A DNA stretch of 12,252 nt from Candidatus Rifleibacteriota bacterium (GTDB lineage: Bacteria; Muiribacteriota; Ozemobacteria; Ozemobacterales; Ozemobacteraceae): NCBI GenBank assembly GCA_051747585.1, contig JBNJGH010000100.1, positions 1-12,252 of the forward strand, in the 5' to 3' direction. Numbering within the stretch: the first letter of the stretch is position 1; every line of letters starts with the position of its first letter. This document shows, one piece after another, positions 1 to 7,870 of this stretch. Under the pieces are notes generated by a model. The model made no database searches and was not told the origin of the DNA. It worked only from the letters and a program-made list of their open reading frames with translations. The translations under genes were made by a program, and so were the position numbers.

Positions 1-840
1 GCCGCTATGAACAAGCATCGAAAAGCTTTTGGCAAAGCCGGCAATTTCATAAGTATGAAACATTGGTCCAAGCAGAGGAAGGCTTAGAACAAAGCGATCA
101 TATAAGGTTTTTCCCCATAAAGTTTTTTTGCCGAGCCACAAACCTGTAAATAAAAGAATTAAGCCGATAACAAAAAGTGGAAAATAATTAATTAATAAAT
201 CACTGCAATCAAGAGTTATTCTTGTCATGGCAGGCAAATCGCCGCCGAATTTACTGTAAATTTCTTTAAAGCGCGGAACAATTTTTATTAAAATAGCAGC
301 AACCACAATTAAAGAAAGCACCATAACCAGAACAGGGTAGGTAAGTGCTTTAATAATCATTCCCCTCAATTTTATTTTTTTTCTTAACAATTGAGTAAGT
401 CGATCGAGTACCTGAGGTAAATTACCAGATTCTTCGCCGACCTCGATAAGCTGTAAATAAGTTTTGTCAAAAATCCCCTCATGCCTGCTGAATGAAACAG
501 TTAAACCCTGTCCTTCTTCTATATCTTTATTTATGGCCGTTAAAGCTTGTTTTAATTTTGTGTTTTCGGCTCGCTTTGCCAGCATTTCAATAGTCTCCAG
601 CAGGGGTATGCCGGCTCGGGTAAGAGTGGCGAACAAACGGGTGAAATGGTATAACTCGCCTGCAGGAACCTTACCGAGATTAAAACTCAGATAATTTTTC
701 TCAATCTTGAGTTCGGTTTCTATTACAGAGTAACCCCTTAGAGAAGCCGATTCAGCCGCTTCCCTTTCCGATTCAGCTCGAACAGTTATAAAGTCGAAAG
801 AATCAGGCCCGGTTTGAACCTTTACACTGTATTTATTCAT
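1..840 (-). CDS. gspF: GspF/PilC-family inner-membrane platform protein (5' part; C-terminus lies beyond the left edge)
   Basis: Translated by hand: ATG at 840, frame open to base 1 (280 codons). Contains family motifs FTRLFATLTRAGIPLLETIEML, LIEVGEESGNLPQVLDRL, KALTYPVLV followed by a TM helix, IVPRFKEIY..FGGDLPAMT, LSLPLLGP and the start of the second repeat FAKSFSMLVHSG. Start overlaps the upstream gene by 8 nt. Confidence 0.95.
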   Translation of the reverse strand, partial: MNKYSVKVQTGPDSFDFITVRAESEREAAESASLRGYSVIETELKIEKNYLSFNLGKVPAGELYHFTRLFATLTRAGIPLLETIEMLAKRAENTKLKQALTAINKDIEEGQGLTVSFSRHEGIFDKTYLQLIEVGEESGNLPQVLDRLTQLLRKKIKLRGMIIKALTYPVLVMVLSLIVVAAILIKIVPRFKEIYSKFGGDLPAMTRITLDCSDLLINYFPLFVIGLILLFTGLWLGKKTLWGKTLYDRFVLSLPLLGPMFHTYEIAGFAKSFSMLVHSG

Positions 841-1573
841 TTGCTTTCACCTGCAACTCTTCAGTTGAAGAAGCATTTTGAGCTATTTCATACACTGGTT
901 GTTTATTTGAGTTTTTTATAATTTCAATAATTTTTTCAACCTCTGTATTTTTTTCTTCCTTTAATTTCAGCACTCTTTCGTTACCGTCTTCATCAATTAT
1001 TGTATAGGTATTATTAAAAGAGGTTAAATAAGAATATTTGTTATCCTGGTGCATATTATTCTCTTCAACAAGATACACCTTATTGCCTTTTTTTAATAAA
1101 AGTTTTTCTTTGTTTTGAACCAGAAAGGTGCCGATCAATTCAAGCCGGGTAGCCTGAGTTGCAATTTTTTCTGTTTCGGTTGCTGCTTTTACAACAATGG
1201 GCTTATCAAGCATTTCAACTTTTCTGAAAATGCTTTTTCTACTTAGAAACAAGGCTTGATTCGTATCCGGTGCTCTTGCAGGTTCTGGCAAGCCTTCGAC
1301 TCTTCTTTTAATGATTTCTAGTCTGGTGTTAAGCTTTTTTATCTGGAGATCAAGATAAGTAGAAGTTAAAGAGCCCTGAGCGGCTGAAACCTGTTCTTCT
1401 TGCACCTGTGGCTGCTGATTGTCCGGTAAAGTGGTTTGAGTAGCTCCTCGATCAGGGGCAGGGGTTGTATTTTTTCTATTTCCGATTCTTACAATCAAGT
1501 TTGCAAGAATAAGAACAACGAAAAAAACAAGGCCATATTTTATTCTTTTGTTATTCTGTTTCTTATCTGCCAA
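833..1573 (-). CDS. Membrane-anchored PilP/GspC(HR)-like assembly protein
   Basis: Position after pilO; basic N-terminus plus one TM helix (YGLVFFVVLILANLIV), Q/P/T-rich linker, coiled segment, and C-terminal LELIGTF...LLLKKGNKVYLV beta pattern resembling PilP/GspC-HR domains. TTG at 1573 preferred over TTG at 1582 because GAGGT lies 9 nt upstream of it. Confidence 0.55.
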   Translation of the reverse strand: MADKKQNNKRIKYGLVFFVVLILANLIVRIGNRKNTTPAPDRGATQTTLPDNQQPQVQEEQVSAAQGSLTSTYLDLQIKKLNTRLEIIKRRVEGLPEPARAPDTNQALFLSRKSIFRKVEMLDKPIVVKAATETEKIATQATRLELIGTFLVQNKEKLLLKKGNKVYLVEENNMHQDNKYSYLTSFNNTYTIIDEDGNERVLKLKEEKNTEVEKIIEIIKNSNKQPVYEIAQNASSTEELQVKANE

Positions 1574-2129
1574 TTTTTTCAAACCTCAAAGAGCATTTCG
1601 TTTTAACCTTTATTTTATGTTCTTCATCATTGAGGGAAATAAATTCAAGAGAGTCTATTCTAACACCTGCACGGTGTGTTTCGAGTTGATGTAGAACTTT
1701 GCGAAAACCCTCATATGATGCTCTAAACTCTGCTACAAAGGGTAAAACAACAAAATTGTTCTTATATATTCTTTTCTCGTAACCAAGATTTATCAGCGAT
1801 GCTCCCGAATTAATATAAAAATATTGAAGCTCATTAATAAATTCAGGAATTTTATCTTCAGTCGGACAATTATACTCATTTTCATTTAGCTTCTGCTTTT
1901 TACGGGCAATAGAAGCCTTTAAATTAATGGTTTCATTTTTGAACCTGTTTAAGAAAGTGTTCATTCTCGATTCAATGGCTTGTCGATTTTCTAACTTTTT
2001 TTTAAGTGTTTCAAGCTGTTCTTTTTTTGCAAAAAACTCGGGAAGCCCGGCAACTCCTGCCAGAACTAGTAAAATCGTTCCGGCCCAGGAAAATAAAAAT
2101 AAGAGAATAAATTTTTGCTTTTTAATCAT
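1563..2129 (-). CDS. pilO: PilO/GspM-like inner-membrane alignment protein
   Basis: N-terminal TM, coiled coil, then PTEDKIPEFINEL...LPFVAEFRASYEGFRKVLHQLE...VRIDSL, the typical PilO ferredoxin-like pattern; located after pilN. Confidence 0.85.
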   Translation of the reverse strand: MIKKQKFILLFLFSWAGTILLVLAGVAGLPEFFAKKEQLETLKKKLENRQAIESRMNTFLNRFKNETINLKASIARKKQKLNENEYNCPTEDKIPEFINELQYFYINSGASLINLGYEKRIYKNNFVVLPFVAEFRASYEGFRKVLHQLETHRAGVRIDSLEFISLNDEEHKIKVKTKCSLRFEKIGR

Positions 2130-2700
2130 ATTCCGGGTTGAATTTAAAAGAAAGTTCTATCACTACAGCATCGGAGACTGGAGTTTTTTCTGCAGAGGGC
2201 TTGAAACTCACCGATTCAAATGCTGAATCTTCAGAAATATTCATGTATAAGAGATTAGCAAACTGCATATCAGGAGTTTTGAGTAACAGCTTAAAAGTTC
2301 TATCTTCTGCAGCAAATTCAGTCGCCTGATTTTTATCATTTTTGATTGAACTAATAATGGCTTCTTCAGGAAGAACATCTTCCAGCTTGTTGAACAATTT
2401 TGTCCAGACCGATCTTTCTCCTCCGATTGCGCTGTTATGCCTTTCAATTTGCTGTTCGAGATTTTGAATTTGCTCCATTTCAGGCAGCAATTTTTCAGCC
2501 CTTGCTATAAAACCTGAAGCCTGCTTCTCAACTCTTGCTGCAGCTTCATTGTATTCCTGTTGCAAACCTTCTATATAAAAATTCATAAAATTAAGGATTA
2601 GAAAAAACAAAACAGCACTACCGATAAAAATCAGCAATGAAGAGAGAGGGAATTTAATTTGATAATTTTCTTCGGGGAGAAATTCAAATGAAGTACTCAT
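2122..2700 (-). CDS. pilN: PilN-like inner-membrane alignment protein
   Basis: N-terminal FEFLP (variant of the INLLP PilM-binding motif), TM helix, coiled coil, WTKLFNKLEDVLPEEAIISSI and a C-terminal beta strand IELSFKF; between pilM and pilO. Confidence 0.85.
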   Translation of the reverse strand: MSTSFEFLPEENYQIKFPLSSLLIFIGSAVLFFLILNFMNFYIEGLQQEYNEAAARVEKQASGFIARAEKLLPEMEQIQNLEQQIERHNSAIGGERSVWTKLFNKLEDVLPEEAIISSIKNDKNQATEFAAEDRTFKLLLKTPDMQFANLLYMNISEDSAFESVSFKPSAEKTPVSDAVVIELSFKFNPEYD

Positions 2701-3833
2701 GCTGCGAATGCTCTGTCAAATCGGTTTCTCTGCCAGGGTTGCAAAAGAAAATTCCCAAGCAGAGGTAAGAACGACTCAAAATCATTTAACTTTTTAAAAT
2801 TACCAACACCGGGAATTTTTTCTACTTCATCACTCAGTTTAATCGTCGGGATACCCAGATTGGCTTCAATTAATCGATCAAAGTTTCTAAAGGCTGCACC
2901 ACCTCCGGAAAGTATAATTTTACCAAATCCTTCCTGCTCTGAGCCTTCTTCGGTGAAAAGTATTAAAAAGCCGTAAATTTTTTGAAGAATATCGGCCAAA
3001 ACCGATTCCAGAATAACATATTCGGGAATTTCAAGTTGTGCTTCATTTTCAGGTTCTTCAAGCAAAATCAGCTTTTCTTTTAAAATTTTTTCGGCTTCTG
3101 AAAAGGGCATATCAAGATCATTTGAAAGTCTCTGGATCAGCTGGTGTATTCCCTGATTTATTATCTGCAAATGAGACAGCTCGCCATCTTTTATAATTCC
3201 GGCTGTAACAGCTTCATTTCCCAGGTGAAGAAATACATTTGCCAGTTTCTCATTTTTTAAGTTGAGCTTGAGAAGTTTTACTATACCCATAAAAGATGGT
3301 TGTATAGATAATGTTATAAATTTTAACCGGCTTTGAATGGCAATTAAATTATCAAGAATATACTTTGGCAAAGCAAAATAAAATACCGGTATTTTATTTC
3401 CTGTCACAGAACCCATTTCATAGCGTATTTTAAAATTTTCGCTGGTTTTATTCGTCTCGCAGCGAATTTCACGTTCCAACAAAGGCTGCATGCCGGCTTT
3501 AGCAGCAACTTTAGGTACTATGAAATTGCCTGAACAAAATGCCTGGTCAGGCAAAATTAGCGAAACATACTTCTCTCGATATTTTTTGGAAACTATTAAA
3601 TTTTGGAAGGCTTCAGCTACGGCTTCAGGGTCGAAAGATGATTCGTTTGAATCTGCAAATAAACTAAAACCTTCTGGGGCAGGGCAAGTCTCGCAATTAA
3701 GAAGGCGTATTTCACCTCCGATATTTTTGGCCGCAAAACTTTTAAAAGTTGAGGTGCCTGGTTCTATAATTACAGGATTTGAACCGGTAACGAGTATATT
3801 TGTTAGCTTTTGTATTAACGACACGGGCCACAC
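2697..3833 (-). CDS. pilM: PilM-like actin/FtsA-fold cytoplasmic assembly protein
   Basis: 378 aa; IIEPGTS (phosphate-1-like), VFLHLGNEAVTAGII (phosphate-2-like), MPFSEAEKILK, KIILSGGGA...LGIP; directly precedes pilN with an ATGA overlap. Confidence 0.85.
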   Translation of the reverse strand: MWPVSLIQKLTNILVTGSNPVIIEPGTSTFKSFAAKNIGGEIRLLNCETCPAPEGFSLFADSNESSFDPEAVAEAFQNLIVSKKYREKYVSLILPDQAFCSGNFIVPKVAAKAGMQPLLEREIRCETNKTSENFKIRYEMGSVTGNKIPVFYFALPKYILDNLIAIQSRLKFITLSIQPSFMGIVKLLKLNLKNEKLANVFLHLGNEAVTAGIIKDGELSHLQIINQGIHQLIQRLSNDLDMPFSEAEKILKEKLILLEEPENEAQLEIPEYVILESVLADILQKIYGFLILFTEEGSEQEGFGKIILSGGGAAFRNFDRLIEANLGIPTIKLSDEVEKIPGVGNFKKLNDFESFLPLLGNFLLQPWQRNRFDRAFAA

Positions 3834-5542
3834 ACTCTTTCAATCTCATTAAAATCTGTCCGGCCTTCGGCAACTTTTTTTAACCCGGAATCAAGAAGCG
3901 TTCTAAGTCTTTTGCTTCTTATAAGATCCATGCTTGCAGTCAAGCCGGATTTTTCGATCTCGTCTTTTAAATTTTCATCCAGAGGAAGAAATTCAAAAAT
4001 CCCAACCCTGCCCTTATAGCCTGTGTCCAGGCAGATATCGCAACCTGCGGGATCAAAAACAGTATCCGGCGAAAAGTTTTTTAGAAGCTCCTGCTCTTTT
4101 TTAGTTAAACTACGACTTCTCTTGCAGGAAGGACAAAGAATTCTTACCAGCCTTTGTGAAAAAATTAAATTAAGTGAACTCATTAACAGGTGAAAATCAA
4201 TTCCAATATTTTCGAGTCTTTTAAGAGTTTCTACCGAAGAATTGGCATGAACTGTTGATAAAACAAGGTGGCCGGTCAGACTGGCCTGAACACTTATTTG
4301 AGCAGTATCGGCATCTCGAATTTCGCCTACCATTATAACGTCGGGATCCAGCCTCAAAACGGTGCGCAAGCCCCTGGCAAAGGTCAGCGAGCGCTCAGGT
4401 TCATTGCGATTAATTCTGACTTGAATTTGCTGCACTCCGCCTATGCGTCTTTCTACAGGATCTTCAATGGTTATAAATTTAAATCTGGGATCGGACATTT
4501 GCTCGAGCAAAGCATAAAGCGTTGTAGATTTACCGCTTCCGGTAGGGCCCGCAACCAATATCATACCATGTGGGAATCTGGTAATTTCTTTAATCAGTGT
4601 AAGCTCATCTTCAACCATTCCCAGGTCTTCAAGAGTAAGAGTTTTATTTTCGCCAGAACTTAACAGGCGCAGAACGAGATTTTGCCCGTAAATTCCCGGC
4701 ATACTCGCAATACGAAATTCAATAGTTTCATTTTCTGACTTAACCTTGAAACTACCATCCTGTGGCATTACTTTTTCGGTTATGTCCAGTTTTGACATTA
4801 TAAGCAAGCGAGAAATAAAAGTTGAAGCTGCGGTCGGATCAATTTCATAGCGATCGGTCAAGACACCATCTATTCGGAATCTTATTCTTGCACCAGTTGC
4901 CGTGCTTTCAACATGAATATCACTCGCTTTTTGTTTAACTGCTAAAAGAAGAGTCTTATTAACCAGATCTACGATTGATGAAGCCTCATAATCGATTGAA
5001 ATATCCTGATTTTCTTCTTCAACTGATTCTTCACTGCCATGTTTGAGGGTATCTGCTAAAGAACTGATACCTTTATAAAGTTCATTATGTTTCTTTAAAT
5101 TAAATTTCTCTTCAGTTTCTATTTCGAAGTTTGATGGGGGAGCTATAACAAAGTCAGCATTATAACCTAATGTTGAAAACAAAGGCACAAAACGTCTTAT
5201 TTTTTCAGGTTGGCAGGTATAGAGAGTAATATTTGAATCTACTATACTTTTAATTACCAGATTTTCTCTTTTGCAGATTCGTTCCAATCTTTCGGGAAAA
5301 TCCCGATCACCACTTTGTATAACATTTTCACTGAATTTCAGGTTATAAGAATCTGCTAGAGCTTCATAAAGTTTATTTTCATCTACCAGATTCTGGCGAT
5401 ATAGATATTCGACCAATAGGTTTTCATTGTTTTTTGCAGCACTTAAAGCCTGTTTTAACTCTTCTTGCGATAATATGTTTTTCTCAACAAGAATATCTTT
5501 AAGTGGCTTTTTTACATTATGTTTTGCTATAAGACCGGCCAT
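3815..5542 (-). CDS. gspE: GspE/PilB-family assembly ATPase with degenerate MshEN N-terminal domain
   Basis: ASDIHVE, RFRIDGVL, PQDG, Walker A GPTGSGKST, Asp box TIEDPVE, Walker B LRLDPDVIMVGEIRD, His box TGHLVLSTVH, Zn motif CPSC...GCDIC, GYKGRVGIFE. AAGGG lies shortly upstream of the ATG. Confidence 0.96.
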   Translation of the reverse strand: MAGLIAKHNVKKPLKDILVEKNILSQEELKQALSAAKNNENLLVEYLYRQNLVDENKLYEALADSYNLKFSENVIQSGDRDFPERLERICKRENLVIKSIVDSNITLYTCQPEKIRRFVPLFSTLGYNADFVIAPPSNFEIETEEKFNLKKHNELYKGISSLADTLKHGSEESVEEENQDISIDYEASSIVDLVNKTLLLAVKQKASDIHVESTATGARIRFRIDGVLTDRYEIDPTAASTFISRLLIMSKLDITEKVMPQDGSFKVKSENETIEFRIASMPGIYGQNLVLRLLSSGENKTLTLEDLGMVEDELTLIKEITRFPHGMILVAGPTGSGKSTTLYALLEQMSDPRFKFITIEDPVERRIGGVQQIQVRINRNEPERSLTFARGLRTVLRLDPDVIMVGEIRDADTAQISVQASLTGHLVLSTVHANSSVETLKRLENIGIDFHLLMSSLNLIFSQRLVRILCPSCKRSRSLTKKEQELLKNFSPDTVFDPAGCDICLDTGYKGRVGIFEFLPLDENLKDEIEKSGLTASMDLIRSKRLRTLLDSGLKKVAEGRTDFNEIERVCGPCR

Positions 5543-5581
5543 TTTTTGCCCTTTTTATTTACATCTTGGATTTATATTTTC

Positions 5582-5608
5582 TTATCGACAATTTTAGAAG
5601 ATTAATTA
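5582..5608 (-). promoter_or_regulatory. Putative sigma28-like promoter for the ATPase operon
   Basis: Minus strand TAAT-N15-GTCGATAA (one mismatch in each box versus TAAA-N15-GCCGATAA), ending 39 nt upstream of the ATPase ATG. Confidence 0.35.
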
Positions 5609-5644
5609 CTTTAATAATTTCTGCCTTATGCCGAGTACTGATGT

Positions 5645-7870
5645 GTGTTAAGCAATAATTTACATAATCAGAAATCGTTTCTTTACCAAAGCAGCTGTTT
5701 TATTGCAGCCTTCATTCTATTGGTAATCAGCATCAATTATAATCATAATCTGCTTGCTTTTGCCAACAAACCGGCATTTTTTAAAAGACTTGATTTTCAG
5801 CCTGGTAATAACAGTGGAGAAAATAATTCGATAGCTGGCCGATATTTTCTTGCTTTCAGCGATGAGTTTACAACAACTATGGTTAAAGAAGCTGATATTC
5901 CACTTTTCTATATTGATATCCTTGGTGCTGAGATTGAAAAGAGTCCCTTTGTTATGAATTTTTCAAAGGGACCGGTTAAGCTGGCACGTTTAAACCAACT
6001 TTCACAGACACCAAAAGTAATTAGAGCCACCTTTTTTTTAAAAGAACATCTTAAGCCTGAAATAAAGACAATAAAAAATACTCTTGAAATTGGTTTTAAA
6101 CCGAATATTCCAAACAAAAACAGGAAAAAAGAGAAAATATCTTATTCACTTATTCATCCTGACCGCAAAAGCAAAATCGCCTCAAACTCAATTCAATATC
6201 GACGACCAAAAACATTCAAAAAGAAAAAGAAAATGAAAATAAAAACAGATAATGCTGAATCTGTTTCATTGCTTAAAGAACTGGCCAGGCAATCAGGAAG
6301 GATGATTCATTTCCGAGACTCGGTCATAAAAAATGTCAAGCTTGATTTTGAAGCCGAAACCCCTCTTGAAGCAATTGATAAGGCAGCCAGGAAGCTGGAT
6401 TTAACAATGTCAATTGAAGATGGAGATATCTGGTTATCAGCAAGTCGAAACCCAATTTTGACAATTCCAGAAAGTTTCAGAGTAAAGGGCGTAGATTTAT
6501 CCGGCCTGGCTCTTGGTGATGTTTTAAGAGCATTAGGACAGATAGCAGAAGTTAATGTAGCACTCGATAAATCTCTTGATAATCTTAGCCAGAAGCCGAT
6601 AAAGCTTTATTTAAAGAGAATGTCGGTTAGAAGAGCTTTTGAAACTATTCTTTCCTTAAATGAGCTTGCTATAGATAAAATCGATGAAAACAGTTTGCTC
6701 GTTTTAACTAAAGAGCGTGCCTCAGAACTTGAAGGTAAAGTTGTCAGAGTTCTTACTCCAAAAGTTCCTATTGAAACCCTGAAAAAAATTACCGAAAAAT
6801 CTATTCCTGAAACAGTAAACAAAAGATTTTCAATTTCAGAAGATATGGGAAATCTAATACTTACCGGAAACAAAGAAGCTGTTGATTATGCTCATACTCT
6901 AATGGGAAGCATCGAAAACAAAATATTGATGGCCGGAGAAGGGACAGAAAGAAAATATTTTCAGCCATTAAACACCAAATCAGAAGATTTGATCAAGATC
7001 ATCAATGAATCTCTTGATGAGCAGGAAAACATAAAACTTACAATTGATGAAAGAACCGATACCATAATAGTCAGTGGCGCACCTGAATCCGTAAAACGAG
7101 CCATTGAAATGATGCAAACCCTGGATAAGCCAACAACTCTTCAAGCTTTAATTCATATAAGATTAGTAGAAATTAACAGAACCGACCTTGAAGAACTTGG
7201 AATAAAATTACCCACCACACTTGTATCTACTGATAATGTTGGTCATATTGAATCTTCTAATTACATAGTTCCCGCCGAGTTTGTGGCAAATCTGGAAAAC
7301 ACCAATGTTAAGACTCTTGCCAATCCGACCCTGAGGTGTATGAATAAGGAAGATTCAAAAATTGAGATTACTCAGCAAATTCCTGTAAAGAACACTACTA
7401 CAGAATACCTGCCGGTAGCCTCTTCTTCGTTAGCTGCCAGAACCTCTGATAACTGGACTACTTCAGAAGTGGGAATCATGATGAATCTTACTCCAACAAT
7501 TCATAAAAATCACGATATTTCAATGGATGTAAAAATAGACCAGACAGAACTGGTTTCTTTAGTGGAAGGCCATCCCTGGACATCCAGAAGACAAATTGAA
7601 ACCAAAGTCAGAGTTAAAGATAACGAAACTGTTGTTATAGGTGGGCTTATAAGAACCAAAAAAGATAAAACACGAAAACCGGTCCCATTGGTAAACCGAA
7701 TTCCTCTGATCAGAAGATTGTTTAGAAATGTCGATCATCGCAAAAAAAGTGAGGAAAGAAACGAGCTGGTAGTTCTTATTACACCAAAGGTAATTGTAGC
7801 CAAAAAAGAAAAAGTTAGTATGCTCAGCAATAAAAGAATACTGAGAAATAAAGGTGACAAAAAAAATTAA
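5645..7870 (+). CDS. pilQ: Outer-membrane secretin (PilQ/GspD family) with N-terminal AMIN-like domain
   Basis: Signal-like hydrophobic N-terminus; AMIN-like region (FYIDILGA...GPVKLARLNQ...PKVIRATFFL); N0/STN-like repeats; Secretin_N motif IDERTDTIIVSGAPESVKRAIEMMQTLDKP; secretin core LANPTL, VGIMMNLTPTI, IETKVRVKDNETVVIGGLI, NELVVLITPKVI. Start codon (GTG) is uncertain. Confidence 0.93.
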   Translation: MLSNNLHNQKSFLYQSSCFIAAFILLVISINYNHNLLAFANKPAFFKRLDFQPGNNSGENNSIAGRYFLAFSDEFTTTMVKEADIPLFYIDILGAEIEKSPFVMNFSKGPVKLARLNQLSQTPKVIRATFFLKEHLKPEIKTIKNTLEIGFKPNIPNKNRKKEKISYSLIHPDRKSKIASNSIQYRRPKTFKKKKKMKIKTDNAESVSLLKELARQSGRMIHFRDSVIKNVKLDFEAETPLEAIDKAARKLDLTMSIEDGDIWLSASRNPILTIPESFRVKGVDLSGLALGDVLRALGQIAEVNVALDKSLDNLSQKPIKLYLKRMSVRRAFETILSLNELAIDKIDENSLLVLTKERASELEGKVVRVLTPKVPIETLKKITEKSIPETVNKRFSISEDMGNLILTGNKEAVDYAHTLMGSIENKILMAGEGTERKYFQPLNTKSEDLIKIINESLDEQENIKLTIDERTDTIIVSGAPESVKRAIEMMQTLDKPTTLQALIHIRLVEINRTDLEELGIKLPTTLVSTDNVGHIESSNYIVPAEFVANLENTNVKTLANPTLRCMNKEDSKIEITQQIPVKNTTTEYLPVASSSLAARTSDNWTTSEVGIMMNLTPTIHKNHDISMDVKIDQTELVSLVEGHPWTSRRQIETKVRVKDNETVVIGGLIRTKKDKTRKPVPLVNRIPLIRRLFRNVDHRKKSEERNELVVLITPKVIVAKKEKVSMLSNKRILRNKGDKKN

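Noticed and set aside
90..130. Possible frameshift or stop in gspF near the T/C homopolymer runs, since the gene is absent from the ORF track
   Set aside because: Codon-by-codon reading shows the frame stays open (GKKTLWGKTLYDRF) to base 1; the absence is an edge effect.
464..4663. Plus-strand ORFs 464-694, 1927-2226, 2138-2329, 3490-3852, 4268-4663 and minus-strand ORF 2241-2447
   Set aside because: Shadow ORFs overlapping well-supported operon genes; no motifs or plausible composition.
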